Positions 48,408-57,136 of a DNA stretch of 64,000 nucleotides are shown piece after piece (position 1 is the first letter of the stretch; each line of letters starts with the position of its first letter). A program made the translations under genes and the position numbers. The stretch is from Microgenomates group bacterium (GTDB taxonomy: Bacteria; Patescibacteriota; Microgenomatia; UBA10105; UBA927). Below the pieces are notes generated by a model. The model was given only the letters and a program-made list of their open reading frames with translations, had not been told where the DNA came from and did not search any database. The stretch covers positions 511,041-575,040 of the forward strand of contig JBAQFJ010000001.1 in the NCBI GenBank assembly GCA_049287205.1. Direction: 5' to 3'.

Positions 48408-50134
48408 AATTTATTATTTATTTTTAATAAATTCTTATAAAATTTTATGTGCGATGTCGGTGTAATTATAAATAAAGGTATACCTTTAACAACTAAATAA
48501 TCCGATAATAAATCCAATTGAACACTAAAATTTTCGTACTTTTTTGATGACACTTCTTTGTCTTCCTTTAATCCATCTTCATTATAGAAGTATTGAATTT
48601 CCTTTGTCTTTTTATCTTTATAACCATCCATTCCTACAACTAAAATTTCTTTCGCGCCCATTTGAATCGCAGTTAATATCGCGGCAACACCCACGTTCAA
48701 GTAAGCATGATTCTGCACTATGTCACTTATCAACGAATGTTCTGACCTATCAACCAATGCAATCTCAATATATTCTCGTTTCCCGATAAAATTTTCATTT
48801 ACTAAGTTCTTTCCAAAATATGAAGGTATTAATAAAATACTTCGATTATCTACTGTTGAAGAATATCTAAGAAATCTTTTCTTGCTTACGAATATATGAT
48901 AATTTGGTTTATATAGACCCTCTAGATAATTACAACCTATAGTTACAAGCTTTTCTTTTTTTATTAATTTGTTGATTGTTTTTTTATATTTTTTTATAGT
49001 AGGGCCATTGGCTATAATTAAAAATCTTTTATTTTTGTGTTTATTTGTAAAAACAACATCTTTCAAATGAAATGCATCTTTCGATGGAAACAGTTTAACT
49101 TGTTCCTCAATTTCTTCAACCACTGTTTTAGCGCTATCACGGGAAGGAACATAGAGGCGTTGTTGTAATGATGTGTCTAATTTATTTTTATTAAATGAAA
49201 TTGGACAGTCTTGTTTAATATGATCCAAAACATTCCATATCTCTTCGATAGTAAAATTTCCAGTTTTAATCAATTCATCAACATAATAGGGATGAATATT
49301 TCTACCTCCACTCAGTAAAGTTTTTAATGAGTATCCCCATTTTAATTCATCTTTTAATTTTAGATAAAAACGATCAATGACATCTAGATATGGAACTACG
49401 TTGTATTTTACATCACCCTTAGTTTGTAAATAATTTAGCAATATTTCGATCGGGAGATTTCCCGCCCCTCTACCCATACCGTATATCGATGCATCAACAT
49501 AACCTACACCATCGTTTATGGCTTGCAAGGCATTAGCGAAAGCCATTTGTAAATTGTTATGAGAATGAAATCCAATATTTTTAAAACCAATATGTTTCAA
49601 TTTTCTAATATACTTTGAAATATCTGATGGAATATAAGAACCAAAACTATCTGCGAAGTATACCGCCTCCAAAAATTTTCTATTCTTCCAATTTTCAATT
49701 ATATTCATCTCTAAATTTTTCCACTCTGATGAAGCCATCAGTTGCAAAAATACTAAGTATCCTTTATCAAACAGTTTTTCAATAAGATTGATTGCTTGCT
49801 TAGCTTCATATGGATATGCAGCGACTCTTATCCCCACAAAAGGCGTCAACTCTTTTCTGCATTTAGGAATTTTATAATTTGTATACTTACCCGCATCTAT
49901 CATGCAAAGTAATTTACAGTCCGTTAACGATTTAAATAAGGAATTAATATATTCTTCACGACAATATCCAAATTCTCCTAATCCAATTATGTTATTATCA
50001 TTTTTGTAACCAATTTCAAAATAATCGACTTGGGCATTTGAAGCAGCAAAATAGGAAGCCTTTACCAATGACTCATCAAAATGCCATTTGTTTATATGAC
50101 CACCATCTCTTATTGAACAATCGATTATCTTCAT
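48404..50134 (-). CDS. Fusion protein: DmpG-type class II pyruvate aldolase (HMGL-like TIM barrel) + GT42/Maf(DUF115)-like nucleotide-sugar transferase-like domain
   Basis: N-terminal IIDCSIRDGGH (D-x-x-x-RDG-xH), GFHSHNNLQMAFANALQAINDGVGYVDASIYGMGRGAGNLPIEILL (near-identical to the DmpG metal-site block). C-terminal LIIANGPTIKKY, VTIGCNYL and NVGVAAILTAIQMGAKEILVVGMDGY parallel the Cst-II/Maf motifs (GNGPS, RCNQFY, GYKEIYLSGIDFY). Confidence 0.6.
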   Translation of the reverse strand: MKIIDCSIRDGGHINKWHFDESLVKASYFAASNAQVDYFEIGYKNDNNIIGLGEFGYCREEYINSLFKSLTDCKLLCMIDAGKYTNYKIPKCRKELTPFVGIRVAAYPYEAKQAINLIEKLFDKGYLVFLQLMASSEWKNLEMNIIENWKNRKFLEAVYFADSFGSYIPSDISKYIRKLKHIGFKNIGFHSHNNLQMAFANALQAINDGVGYVDASIYGMGRGAGNLPIEILLNYLQTKGDVKYNVVPYLDVIDRFYLKLKDELKWGYSLKTLLSGGRNIHPYYVDELIKTGNFTIEEIWNVLDHIKQDCPISFNKNKLDTSLQQRLYVPSRDSAKTVVEEIEEQVKLFPSKDAFHLKDVVFTNKHKNKRFLIIANGPTIKKYKKTINKLIKKEKLVTIGCNYLEGLYKPNYHIFVSKKRFLRYSSTVDNRSILLIPSYFGKNLVNENFIGKREYIEIALVDRSEHSLISDIVQNHAYLNVGVAAILTAIQMGAKEILVVGMDGYKDKKTKEIQYFYNEDGLKEDKEVSSKKYENFSVQLDLLSDYLVVKGIPLFIITPTSHIKFYKNLLKINNKL

Positions 50135-50145
50135 TTTGCAATACC

Positions 50146-50901
50146 CTAACGTATATTTAGTTCATCATATGAATGAATAATATAATTACTGTATTTTGAT
50201 AACTCTTGAAACGATGTTTGACCCAAAGTAACACCTATTCCTGCTTTTAATCCTCCTTTAGCTGCCATAATCAAATCCATAGGAGCATCACCTAAACAAA
50301 TTGATTTATCTGCTGTTGATCCTAACATATCTAAAGCAATTTTTACATGCACCCCTGAAGCTTTCGGCAAAACTGATTGCTCTCTGCCAATATATGCGTC
50401 GATATAACTATTAAGCTTTAATAAGCTCATGCATTTCTTTGCGTTTACCACACTATCAGAAGTCACAATGGCTATTTTTATGTTCCTACTCTTTAATTTC
50501 TTCATTAAATTCTTAATTCCTGGCAATATTACAACGTAATTATCCATTTTATTTAAAAAATCTTTATGAACTTGTTCAAATAGGTTTTGAATTTCAATTT
50601 TAGATATTGTGATATTGTTATTCTTTAACTTTCTGAATAATATATCTATAATTTCTTCCCTAGATAGAATACCTACAGGACCAAATTCTAATAATTTTTG
50701 CTTAGACAAGTCGTATCCCATCCATAAACATATTTTATTAAAGAATTGTGAATTTAATTTGTAATCTTTAACGAATGCGCTACTTCGCATTTTAATAATC
50801 TCACCCCAATAAATGTGTAAGTCTTGTATAGTTCCATCTTTATCAAACAAAACAGTCTCAACGTCCTTAATACACCAATTGAGAGCACTAAAATTTATCA
50901 T
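50146..50901 (-). CDS. HAD-superfamily phosphatase (subfamily IA-like)
   Basis: Motif I LFDKDGTI, motif II IVTSD, motif IV LGDAPMD. Confidence 0.75.
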   Translation of the reverse strand: MINFSALNWCIKDVETVLFDKDGTIQDLHIYWGEIIKMRSSAFVKDYKLNSQFFNKICLWMGYDLSKQKLLEFGPVGILSREEIIDILFRKLKNNNITISKIEIQNLFEQVHKDFLNKMDNYVVILPGIKNLMKKLKSRNIKIAIVTSDSVVNAKKCMSLLKLNSYIDAYIGREQSVLPKASGVHVKIALDMLGSTADKSICLGDAPMDLIMAAKGGLKAGIGVTLGQTSFQELSKYSNYIIHSYDELNIR

Positions 50902-51938
50902 ACTAAGTACTTCAAGGTTTCATTAACTAATTCCTTTGCCTTTTTATAAGCTGAATTGAAGATAGTTTTGTTTTCAAAAAAATCTTCGTTATTTAATTCC
51001 TCTTTAATAATTTTTCGTGCAAACGATCCCAAAGACACACCGTTTGCTTGAACTTCAAATAATTTCGCCAATTTTGACGTCTTACTATTTGTTCCACCCG
51101 ACATTAGCACCCAAACAGGTAGTCTTGCCTTTTGTACGATATCAGCTGTAGCGATTGTTTGAAGTGTGGTGTTGTTGTTGTCATTTGAACCGCTCATTGG
51201 AGATCCGTCTGCCTGAACAATTGTCGTAAAATCCTTTCTGTCTTTAATAAATAATTTGATCCTGTTAATAAGTTGTTTATCGCTTAAATGAGATCTGTCT
51301 AAACAAACACTCAATATTCCCGGAAAAGCTTTGTTCATTGTTCTCCAAATGCTATATGATTCGTCATCATCTTCTGTAATAGCATGTAGTTCAATTGAAG
51401 AAACGCCTAAATCAATTAATGGTGGTAAAATTTTACGTAAATTTCTTTCTTTATACTGAAAATCAATGGCTCCAAATTTACAAACTTTTGCGCACGCGTT
51501 GCACCCTATACATTTGCTATCAATTACTAGGTATTTTTTTATACCTTTTGAATCAACTGCATTTTGAATAGCATTTTGTAAACATACAACTGAACAGGCA
51601 CCGCACGCGCGACATTTTTCCAAATTAATTCTAGCTTTCATTGCATGTGGATCCCCATTAACTCCCACGCTTACACAATAAAAATATTCCTTCCTTTTAT
51701 TCTTTGGAACTACTCGTTCGATTCCTTTTTTAGCTGCTAACACTGATTCTTTGTTTGGTGATAAATCAAAATAATGTACCCCTGCTTTTGCGTAAACAGC
51801 AACTAACCTCTCGATCATTTTATAATCCTCGTTACCAGCGCCACAAATTAGCTTGAAGCATTTCTTTTGATTGAGCAAATCTGATAATTTCATATTGTAT
51901 TTAATATTGAATAGCATGTATATGTTATCAAACAGCAT
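50898..51938 (-). CDS. TIM-barrel-like protein with an embedded 2x[4Fe-4S] ferredoxin domain
   Basis: Two CxxCxxCxxxC motifs (CRACGACSVVC and CIGCNACAKVC) at residues ~108-150. The flanks (LICGAGNEDY...VAVYAKAGVHYFDLS and C-terminal VWVLMSGGTNS...ANGVSLGS) resemble a phosphate-binding (beta/alpha)8 barrel. Confidence 0.55.
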   Translation of the reverse strand: MLFDNIYMLFNIKYNMKLSDLLNQKKCFKLICGAGNEDYKMIERLVAVYAKAGVHYFDLSPNKESVLAAKKGIERVVPKNKRKEYFYCVSVGVNGDPHAMKARINLEKCRACGACSVVCLQNAIQNAVDSKGIKKYLVIDSKCIGCNACAKVCKFGAIDFQYKERNLRKILPPLIDLGVSSIELHAITEDDDESYSIWRTMNKAFPGILSVCLDRSHLSDKQLINRIKLFIKDRKDFTTIVQADGSPMSGSNDNNNTTLQTIATADIVQKARLPVWVLMSGGTNSKTSKLAKLFEVQANGVSLGSFARKIIKEELNNEDFFENKTIFNSAYKKAKELVNETLKYLV

Positions 51939-51979
51939 TACAAAAAACCATTTGATAATCTACAATATCAATGTATTCT

Positions 51980-52930
51980 TTATTCCCTCTTAAAATATTC
52001 CTGATACCATCGAAAGACCTGCACTATCTTTTTATTAATATTATATTTCGATTTCCAACCTAATCTTCGTATTTTACGATCCTCAAGATGCTGATACGGT
52101 ATTTCATTTTTTGCTGTATTTTGTATGTCATACGCAATATGCTTTTTTAACGTTTTTTCTGCTTTTTTTATTAATTCCAAAACAGAACACGTGTCATCAG
52201 AAGAAAAATTATATGCTTCGCCTGTTATATCTTTTTTTATTTCTATAAGCTTCATATATCCTAGAGCAACGTCTTTTACATAAAGATAATCGCGAATGTA
52301 AGTACCGTCACTTCGAAGTTGTAATGGCTTACCTACAATAATGGATTGGCAGATACCTGGAATAATTCTGTCAAAATGCATATCTCCTTCGCCGTACACA
52401 TTCCCAAATCGTGTAATAACGACAGGCAATCCATAAGTTTTAAAAAACGTCTGTGCTATCAGGTCCGCACATGACTTGGATACGTCATATGGATGATCTC
52501 CTTGAAGAGGTGATGTTTCTGTATAAGCGACCTTCGTCTTTCCATATGCCTTATCTGACGAAGCAATGAGAATACGTTTGATATTTTTATCTTTCCTACA
52601 TGCTTCTAATATATTTACTGTTCCCATAATATTTGTTTCAAATGCATCATAGGGATTATCGTATGCATCTTGAACAATTGGTTGAGCTGCTAAATGTATT
52701 ACATAGGTGGGATGAATTAAGGAAAAAAATGCAGTTACCTGCTTTTTCTTTCTAATATCTACATTTCGATAAGATACTTTCTTCTCAAGGTGTTTTTCAA
52801 AAAAATAGGATTTACAGGACTTCTGAATATCGATGACAACCACCTTAAATTTTTTCTTCAAAAGAAGTTCAACAAGATGTGCACCTATAAATCCTGCTCC
52901 GCCTGTAACAACAACTGTTTCTTTTACCAT
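51980..52930 (-). CDS. NAD-dependent sugar dehydratase/epimerase, CDP-glucose 4,6-dehydratase candidate
   Basis: VVVTGGAGFIGAHL, YDVSKSCADL (YxxxK); immediately downstream of ddhA. Start set at Met10 (MVKET), 1 nt after the ddhA stop; ORF-track start is 52957. Confidence 0.55.
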   Translation of the reverse strand: MVKETVVVTGGAGFIGAHLVELLLKKKFKVVVIDIQKSCKSYFFEKHLEKKVSYRNVDIRKKKQVTAFFSLIHPTYVIHLAAQPIVQDAYDNPYDAFETNIMGTVNILEACRKDKNIKRILIASSDKAYGKTKVAYTETSPLQGDHPYDVSKSCADLIAQTFFKTYGLPVVITRFGNVYGEGDMHFDRIIPGICQSIIVGKPLQLRSDGTYIRDYLYVKDVALGYMKLIEIKKDITGEAYNFSSDDTCSVLELIKKAEKTLKKHIAYDIQNTAKNEIPYQHLEDRKIRRLGWKSKYNINKKIVQVFRWYQEYFKRE

Positions 52931-53700
52931 ACTTTCCACTCGGGGTTTTCTTTCCACTCAGTATTTAAGCGTTCAACATCTGCGTATGTATCCATGCATT
53001 GCCAATAGCCTTTATGGATGTACATAGAAAGCTGTTTTTTTTCAATAAGCCGCTTTAATGCCGGATGCTCCAATTCATTTAGCCGTAAATAATTAAAAAA
53101 AGCATATTTACAAACCATAAATCCCCCATTGACCCAATCTTGAAGAACTGGTTTCTCCACAAATGCGGTTACTCGATTATGTGTGTCTGCGCTCATTAAT
53201 CCGTATTTACTTCTTGGATATACACCTGTAACTGTTCCTATTGTTTTGTTTTTTTTATGAAAAGCGACTAATTTTTTAATATCGACATTTGCAACACCGT
53301 CACCATATGTAACCATAAAACTTTCATTTTTTGGAATGTATTTCTTCACTCGAATTATTCGTTCTCCCGGTAATGTGTCAAGTCCGGTATCAACGAAAGT
53401 TATTTTAAAATCGTCAACAAGTTTTTCATTATTCTTATCAGTGTGGATTTTTGCATTACCTGACTTTGTCGAGAGTGTAAAATCGTGTTGAAGATATTTT
53501 TGATTAAGAAAATAATCCTTTATGTAATCGCCTTTATATCCCAAAGCAATAACAAATTCATTAAAACCATAATGGCTATATATTTTCATAATATGCCATA
53601 GTATGGGCTTATTACCAATCAATACCATTGGTTTTGGTTTAAACTCAGTCTCTTCTTTAAGACGATACCCAATACCACCGCAAAGAATTACCGTTTTCAT
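52924..53700 (-). CDS. ddhA: Glucose-1-phosphate cytidylyltransferase
   Basis: MKTVILCGGIGYRLKEETEFKPKPMVLIGNKPILWHIMKIYSHYGFNEFVIALGYKGDYIKDYF closely follows the RfbF/DdhA consensus. Confidence 0.85.
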   Translation of the reverse strand: MKTVILCGGIGYRLKEETEFKPKPMVLIGNKPILWHIMKIYSHYGFNEFVIALGYKGDYIKDYFLNQKYLQHDFTLSTKSGNAKIHTDKNNEKLVDDFKITFVDTGLDTLPGERIIRVKKYIPKNESFMVTYGDGVANVDIKKLVAFHKKNKTIGTVTGVYPRSKYGLMSADTHNRVTAFVEKPVLQDWVNGGFMVCKYAFFNYLRLNELEHPALKRLIEKKQLSMYIHKGYWQCMDTYADVERLNTEWKENPEWKVW

Positions 53701-53763
53701 AATGTATGGGCATTATATACCAAATGTTAAAAATTAAAAGTTTAAATAGTTACATTATGCGAT

Positions 53764-54879
53764 TCAATCGCGAAGAGCTACAAAATTTGTATCATAATAT
53801 TTATCAAACTTATATTGGTTGACCAGCTTATTAATTCCCATTTGATACCATGAATAATTTTGCTTTATTTTATTTATGTGATATTCCAGAGAATGCTTTA
53901 TGATGACTTCACCACAGTGAAGCGAAGCAATGTCCTTTGCAATTAGGGACGTATCGGTCATAATAACCGGTAAACCAAATTCTAAATACGTTTTTATTTT
54001 CCCTGGATCTGTATACCAGGTAAATTGTGATCTATCACTCTTATACAACGCTAATCCAATAAAACAATCTTCTAATTCCTTTCCAAGCTGATCTTCCGGG
54101 ACAAACGAATTTGGAAACCAAACCCTATCTTCAAGTTTATCTCGTTTTATTATTGACTGTAGAGTCTTTACATATGCATGTTCACACACACCAATCAATT
54201 TTAGCTTATATTGTGGATGCTCATGTATGTATTTCAATATTACTTCAATATTTTGACTGGGCTTCATAACGCCAACAAAAGCTAATGTCTGTTGATTTAT
54301 TGTTTTTTTCTTTACATATTGTGGTTTCATTCCCCATGCTACCGTCCGCCTCTTCACGCTACGACTGAGATAGCCTTTATTCATACATCTATTGATACGG
54401 TCAGATAGATAATAGGTTGTTGCAATCCTATCATGATAATATTTCTTTAATTTCTCATATAGACGTATTTTCCAGTCATTCCCCGGAAAATAATCACCTA
54501 TCCAATAGGCAAATCGAATACTCAAAAAAATTCGTTGAAAGAACATAAAGAAAAAAAATATCGGATGACCTGCAAAAACAGTCCATGTACTTTTTCTATC
54601 ACGTAACTTCAATAAAACGTACCAGTACGTCATAAACCAATAGACGTAATAGAGAAATACACTGGTAGAGTTTCGTGTGTGAATAACGTTTATACGTGTA
54701 CCGTTTTCATATATATGAATCTCATTCGTATGCCCCTGCATACGCGGCATAGTATAAATAATTATCAGATTCAGTGTTCTCTGGATAAAATATTCATCAA
54801 CGTGTCCAACACTCTGGAAGCTTGCGGATAAAATAATATTGTTGTACAAATTAATTTTTCTTCGATACGTATGGCGCAT
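53764..54879 (-). CDS. GT-B fold glycosyltransferase, member of a three-gene paralog family in this locus
   Basis: 371 aa with an N-terminal TM region; C-domain motif TDPGKIKTYLEFGLPVIMTD shared with 55979..57136 (SDPSKIKKYIEVGLPVITTD) and 61091..62251 (TEPGKVKRYLACGIPVMMTD). Confidence 0.55.
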   Translation of the reverse strand: MRHTYRRKINLYNNIILSASFQSVGHVDEYFIQRTLNLIIIYTMPRMQGHTNEIHIYENGTRINVIHTRNSTSVFLYYVYWFMTYWYVLLKLRDRKSTWTVFAGHPIFFFFMFFQRIFLSIRFAYWIGDYFPGNDWKIRLYEKLKKYYHDRIATTYYLSDRINRCMNKGYLSRSVKRRTVAWGMKPQYVKKKTINQQTLAFVGVMKPSQNIEVILKYIHEHPQYKLKLIGVCEHAYVKTLQSIIKRDKLEDRVWFPNSFVPEDQLGKELEDCFIGLALYKSDRSQFTWYTDPGKIKTYLEFGLPVIMTDTSLIAKDIASLHCGEVIIKHSLEYHINKIKQNYSWYQMGINKLVNQYKFDKYYDTNFVALRD

Positions 54880-54951
54880 ATAGAATCAGAAAGTCCTATT
54901 CATGTATAATATGCATATCATTTTACTGCATATAGTGAAATTGACGAAATT
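54880..54951 (+). promoter_or_regulatory. Candidate promoter for the plus-strand GT2/GT-B pair
   Basis: Extended -10 element TGTATAAT at 54903-54910 in a 72-bp divergent intergenic region; -35 not well defined. Confidence 0.3.
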
Positions 54952-55971
54952 ATGAAAGTGAATAAGGTCGATACTCATCCTAAAGTTACTTTTATCATTC
55001 CAACTCTCAACGCTGAAAAAGATTTGCCTATTTGTTTATCATCTATACGAAAACAAAATTATCCCCAAGAAAAAATTGAAATTATTGTTGCAGATGGAGG
55101 CTCAACAGATCAAACGAGAAACATTGCTAAAAAGTTTCATTCCAAATTACTACATAATAAAAAAATCTATCAGGAATATGGCAAAACTGAAGCCTCAAAG
55201 ATTGCTACTGGTAATCTCCTGTTTTACGTTGATGCGGATAATGTACTCGCAACAAATACCTTCGTGACTTCAGTCGTCCATGTATATCTAGCACACCCTG
55301 AGGTTATGGGGTTTCTCCCACAAACCATACCGGCTCCAGATTCAAATCCCATTGATCGTTATCTCGGATATCTGTTTACCGAACCTTTTACCTGGTTTGT
55401 ATACAAGAATTCAGTTAATCCAATGGATTTTCGAAAAACGTATACTCCAATCAAGTCACTTCCGGAATTTGAACTATATCGATTTCCGAAAAGTAACATT
55501 CCTCTTTTTGGCTTAGCTCAAGGTGTTGCGACGAACAAAAAATTTTACAGGGGAACGTTTGATTATGCAGATGATATATTGTCGGGAATTAAGCTTATTC
55601 AACAGAGCGGAATAGTTGCATACATACCTAACGCTACAATATTTCATTACCACATAAAAAGCTTTTCTCAATTTATTAAAAAATATAGCTGGAGAACGCG
55701 CAACAACTTTACCAAAACCATTAAAGATACAGGACTTATCTCTCGATTATCATATTTATCTATAAAACAAAAAATACGAATTTTTCTTTTTCTTCCGTAT
55801 GCATTATCAATTATTTTTCCGCTTATCGATGGACTCAGCCTTTCGATACGTTATAACGATTTAGTTATGTTGTATCATCCAATTATTTCCTATACACTTG
55901 CGTGGATCATCATTATAGAACGTATACGTTCTATACTATGGCCAAAATCGGTAATCGGTCATTACAGATAA
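54952..55971 (+). CDS. Glycosyltransferase family 2 with C-terminal TM helices (polyprenyl-phosphate sugar synthase, GtrB/ArnC/DPM1-like)
   Basis: VTFIIPTLNAEKDLPICLSSI...IIVADGGSTDQT, DAD motif (YVDADN), two C-terminal hydrophobic helices. Confidence 0.75.
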   Translation: MKVNKVDTHPKVTFIIPTLNAEKDLPICLSSIRKQNYPQEKIEIIVADGGSTDQTRNIAKKFHSKLLHNKKIYQEYGKTEASKIATGNLLFYVDADNVLATNTFVTSVVHVYLAHPEVMGFLPQTIPAPDSNPIDRYLGYLFTEPFTWFVYKNSVNPMDFRKTYTPIKSLPEFELYRFPKSNIPLFGLAQGVATNKKFYRGTFDYADDILSGIKLIQQSGIVAYIPNATIFHYHIKSFSQFIKKYSWRTRNNFTKTIKDTGLISRLSYLSIKQKIRIFLFLPYALSIIFPLIDGLSLSIRYNDLVMLYHPIISYTLAWIIIIERIRSILWPKSVIGHYR

Positions 55972-55978
55972 TAATCCT

Positions 55979-57136
55979 ATGGCACTACATAAAACGATTA
56001 TTTATGTTAATTTTTCCCCATACGAAAACGCGGGAAACATACTGGACTACGTATTGGATTGCTATGCGACGGTATTATCTTTTACCTTCAATTTTCATAA
56101 AATATCAACCAAACAACAACAAAGTAGACTTCGTGTCTACAAAAACAAACACATTGTCTATGAATGCAGGTTATTTCAGACTCCAACTAATTCATCCGTA
56201 GCTTTTATACTGCTCCCTATTCGTTCATTGATAATCCTAGCTCAACTTTTCTACCATCTTCTTCGGTTAAAAAACCAATTTGGACCATATTCGGTATACT
56301 TTACTGTAAATGCGTTTACAGCTTGGTCCGGTAATTTACTTCGCTCTTTAGGACTTGTTAAAAAAACCATTTTTTGGGTCTGGGATTACTACCCTCCAGA
56401 ACATAATAATTTGATAGTACGGTTCATGCGTTTTCTCTATTGGCAATTTGATATTCCTGCAACGAAACAGACTGATCATTTGGTTTTTTTAAACAAAAGG
56501 TTAGCTACATTAAGAAAAGATCTGGGAATTCTACCAAAAAACATAAATTATAAGGTAGTCGGCATAGGAACAAACCCGATAAACACAATTCATCCTGTCA
56601 TTAAACAGCCTATTACTCTCGCGTTTATTGGTGTTCTTAAGAAATCTCAAGGATTAGATTTGATATATAGATGTGGAGATATGCTTACTAAAAGGAATCC
56701 AAACATTACTCTTCACATTATCGGCGGGGGTCCTGATGAAACATATTACCGTAAGTTGGCGTCCAATTCACCAATACGCACAATCTTTCATGGATATATT
56801 AAAGATACCAACCAAGTAAACGACATATTAATGCATTGTCACATCGGTATAGCACCATATGTTCCGGATAAAACAAATGTCGCATTTTATAGCGATCCTT
56901 CAAAAATCAAAAAATATATTGAGGTGGGATTACCTGTTATAACAACGGACGTTTTTGACTTTTCTAACGAAATTCTGAGTAATGACGCGGGTATTGTCAT
57001 CCCTTATTCCACAAGTGAATTTGTTCGGGCCATAGAAAAAATTATCAAAAGGCATTCGTATTATCAAAAACAATCACTGTTACTCGCAAAACGATTTGAA
57101 TATAAAAACTATTACAAAAATCTTATAGCTGTTTAA
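55979..57136 (+). CDS. GT-B fold glycosyltransferase (paralog family)
   Basis: 385 aa; FYSDPSKIKKYIEVGLPVITTDV motif; LAFIGVLKKSQGLD as in the paralogs. Confidence 0.55.
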   Translation: MALHKTIIYVNFSPYENAGNILDYVLDCYATVLSFTFNFHKISTKQQQSRLRVYKNKHIVYECRLFQTPTNSSVAFILLPIRSLIILAQLFYHLLRLKNQFGPYSVYFTVNAFTAWSGNLLRSLGLVKKTIFWVWDYYPPEHNNLIVRFMRFLYWQFDIPATKQTDHLVFLNKRLATLRKDLGILPKNINYKVVGIGTNPINTIHPVIKQPITLAFIGVLKKSQGLDLIYRCGDMLTKRNPNITLHIIGGGPDETYYRKLASNSPIRTIFHGYIKDTNQVNDILMHCHIGIAPYVPDKTNVAFYSDPSKIKKYIEVGLPVITTDVFDFSNEILSNDAGIVIPYSTSEFVRAIEKIIKRHSYYQKQSLLLAKRFEYKNYYKNLIAV

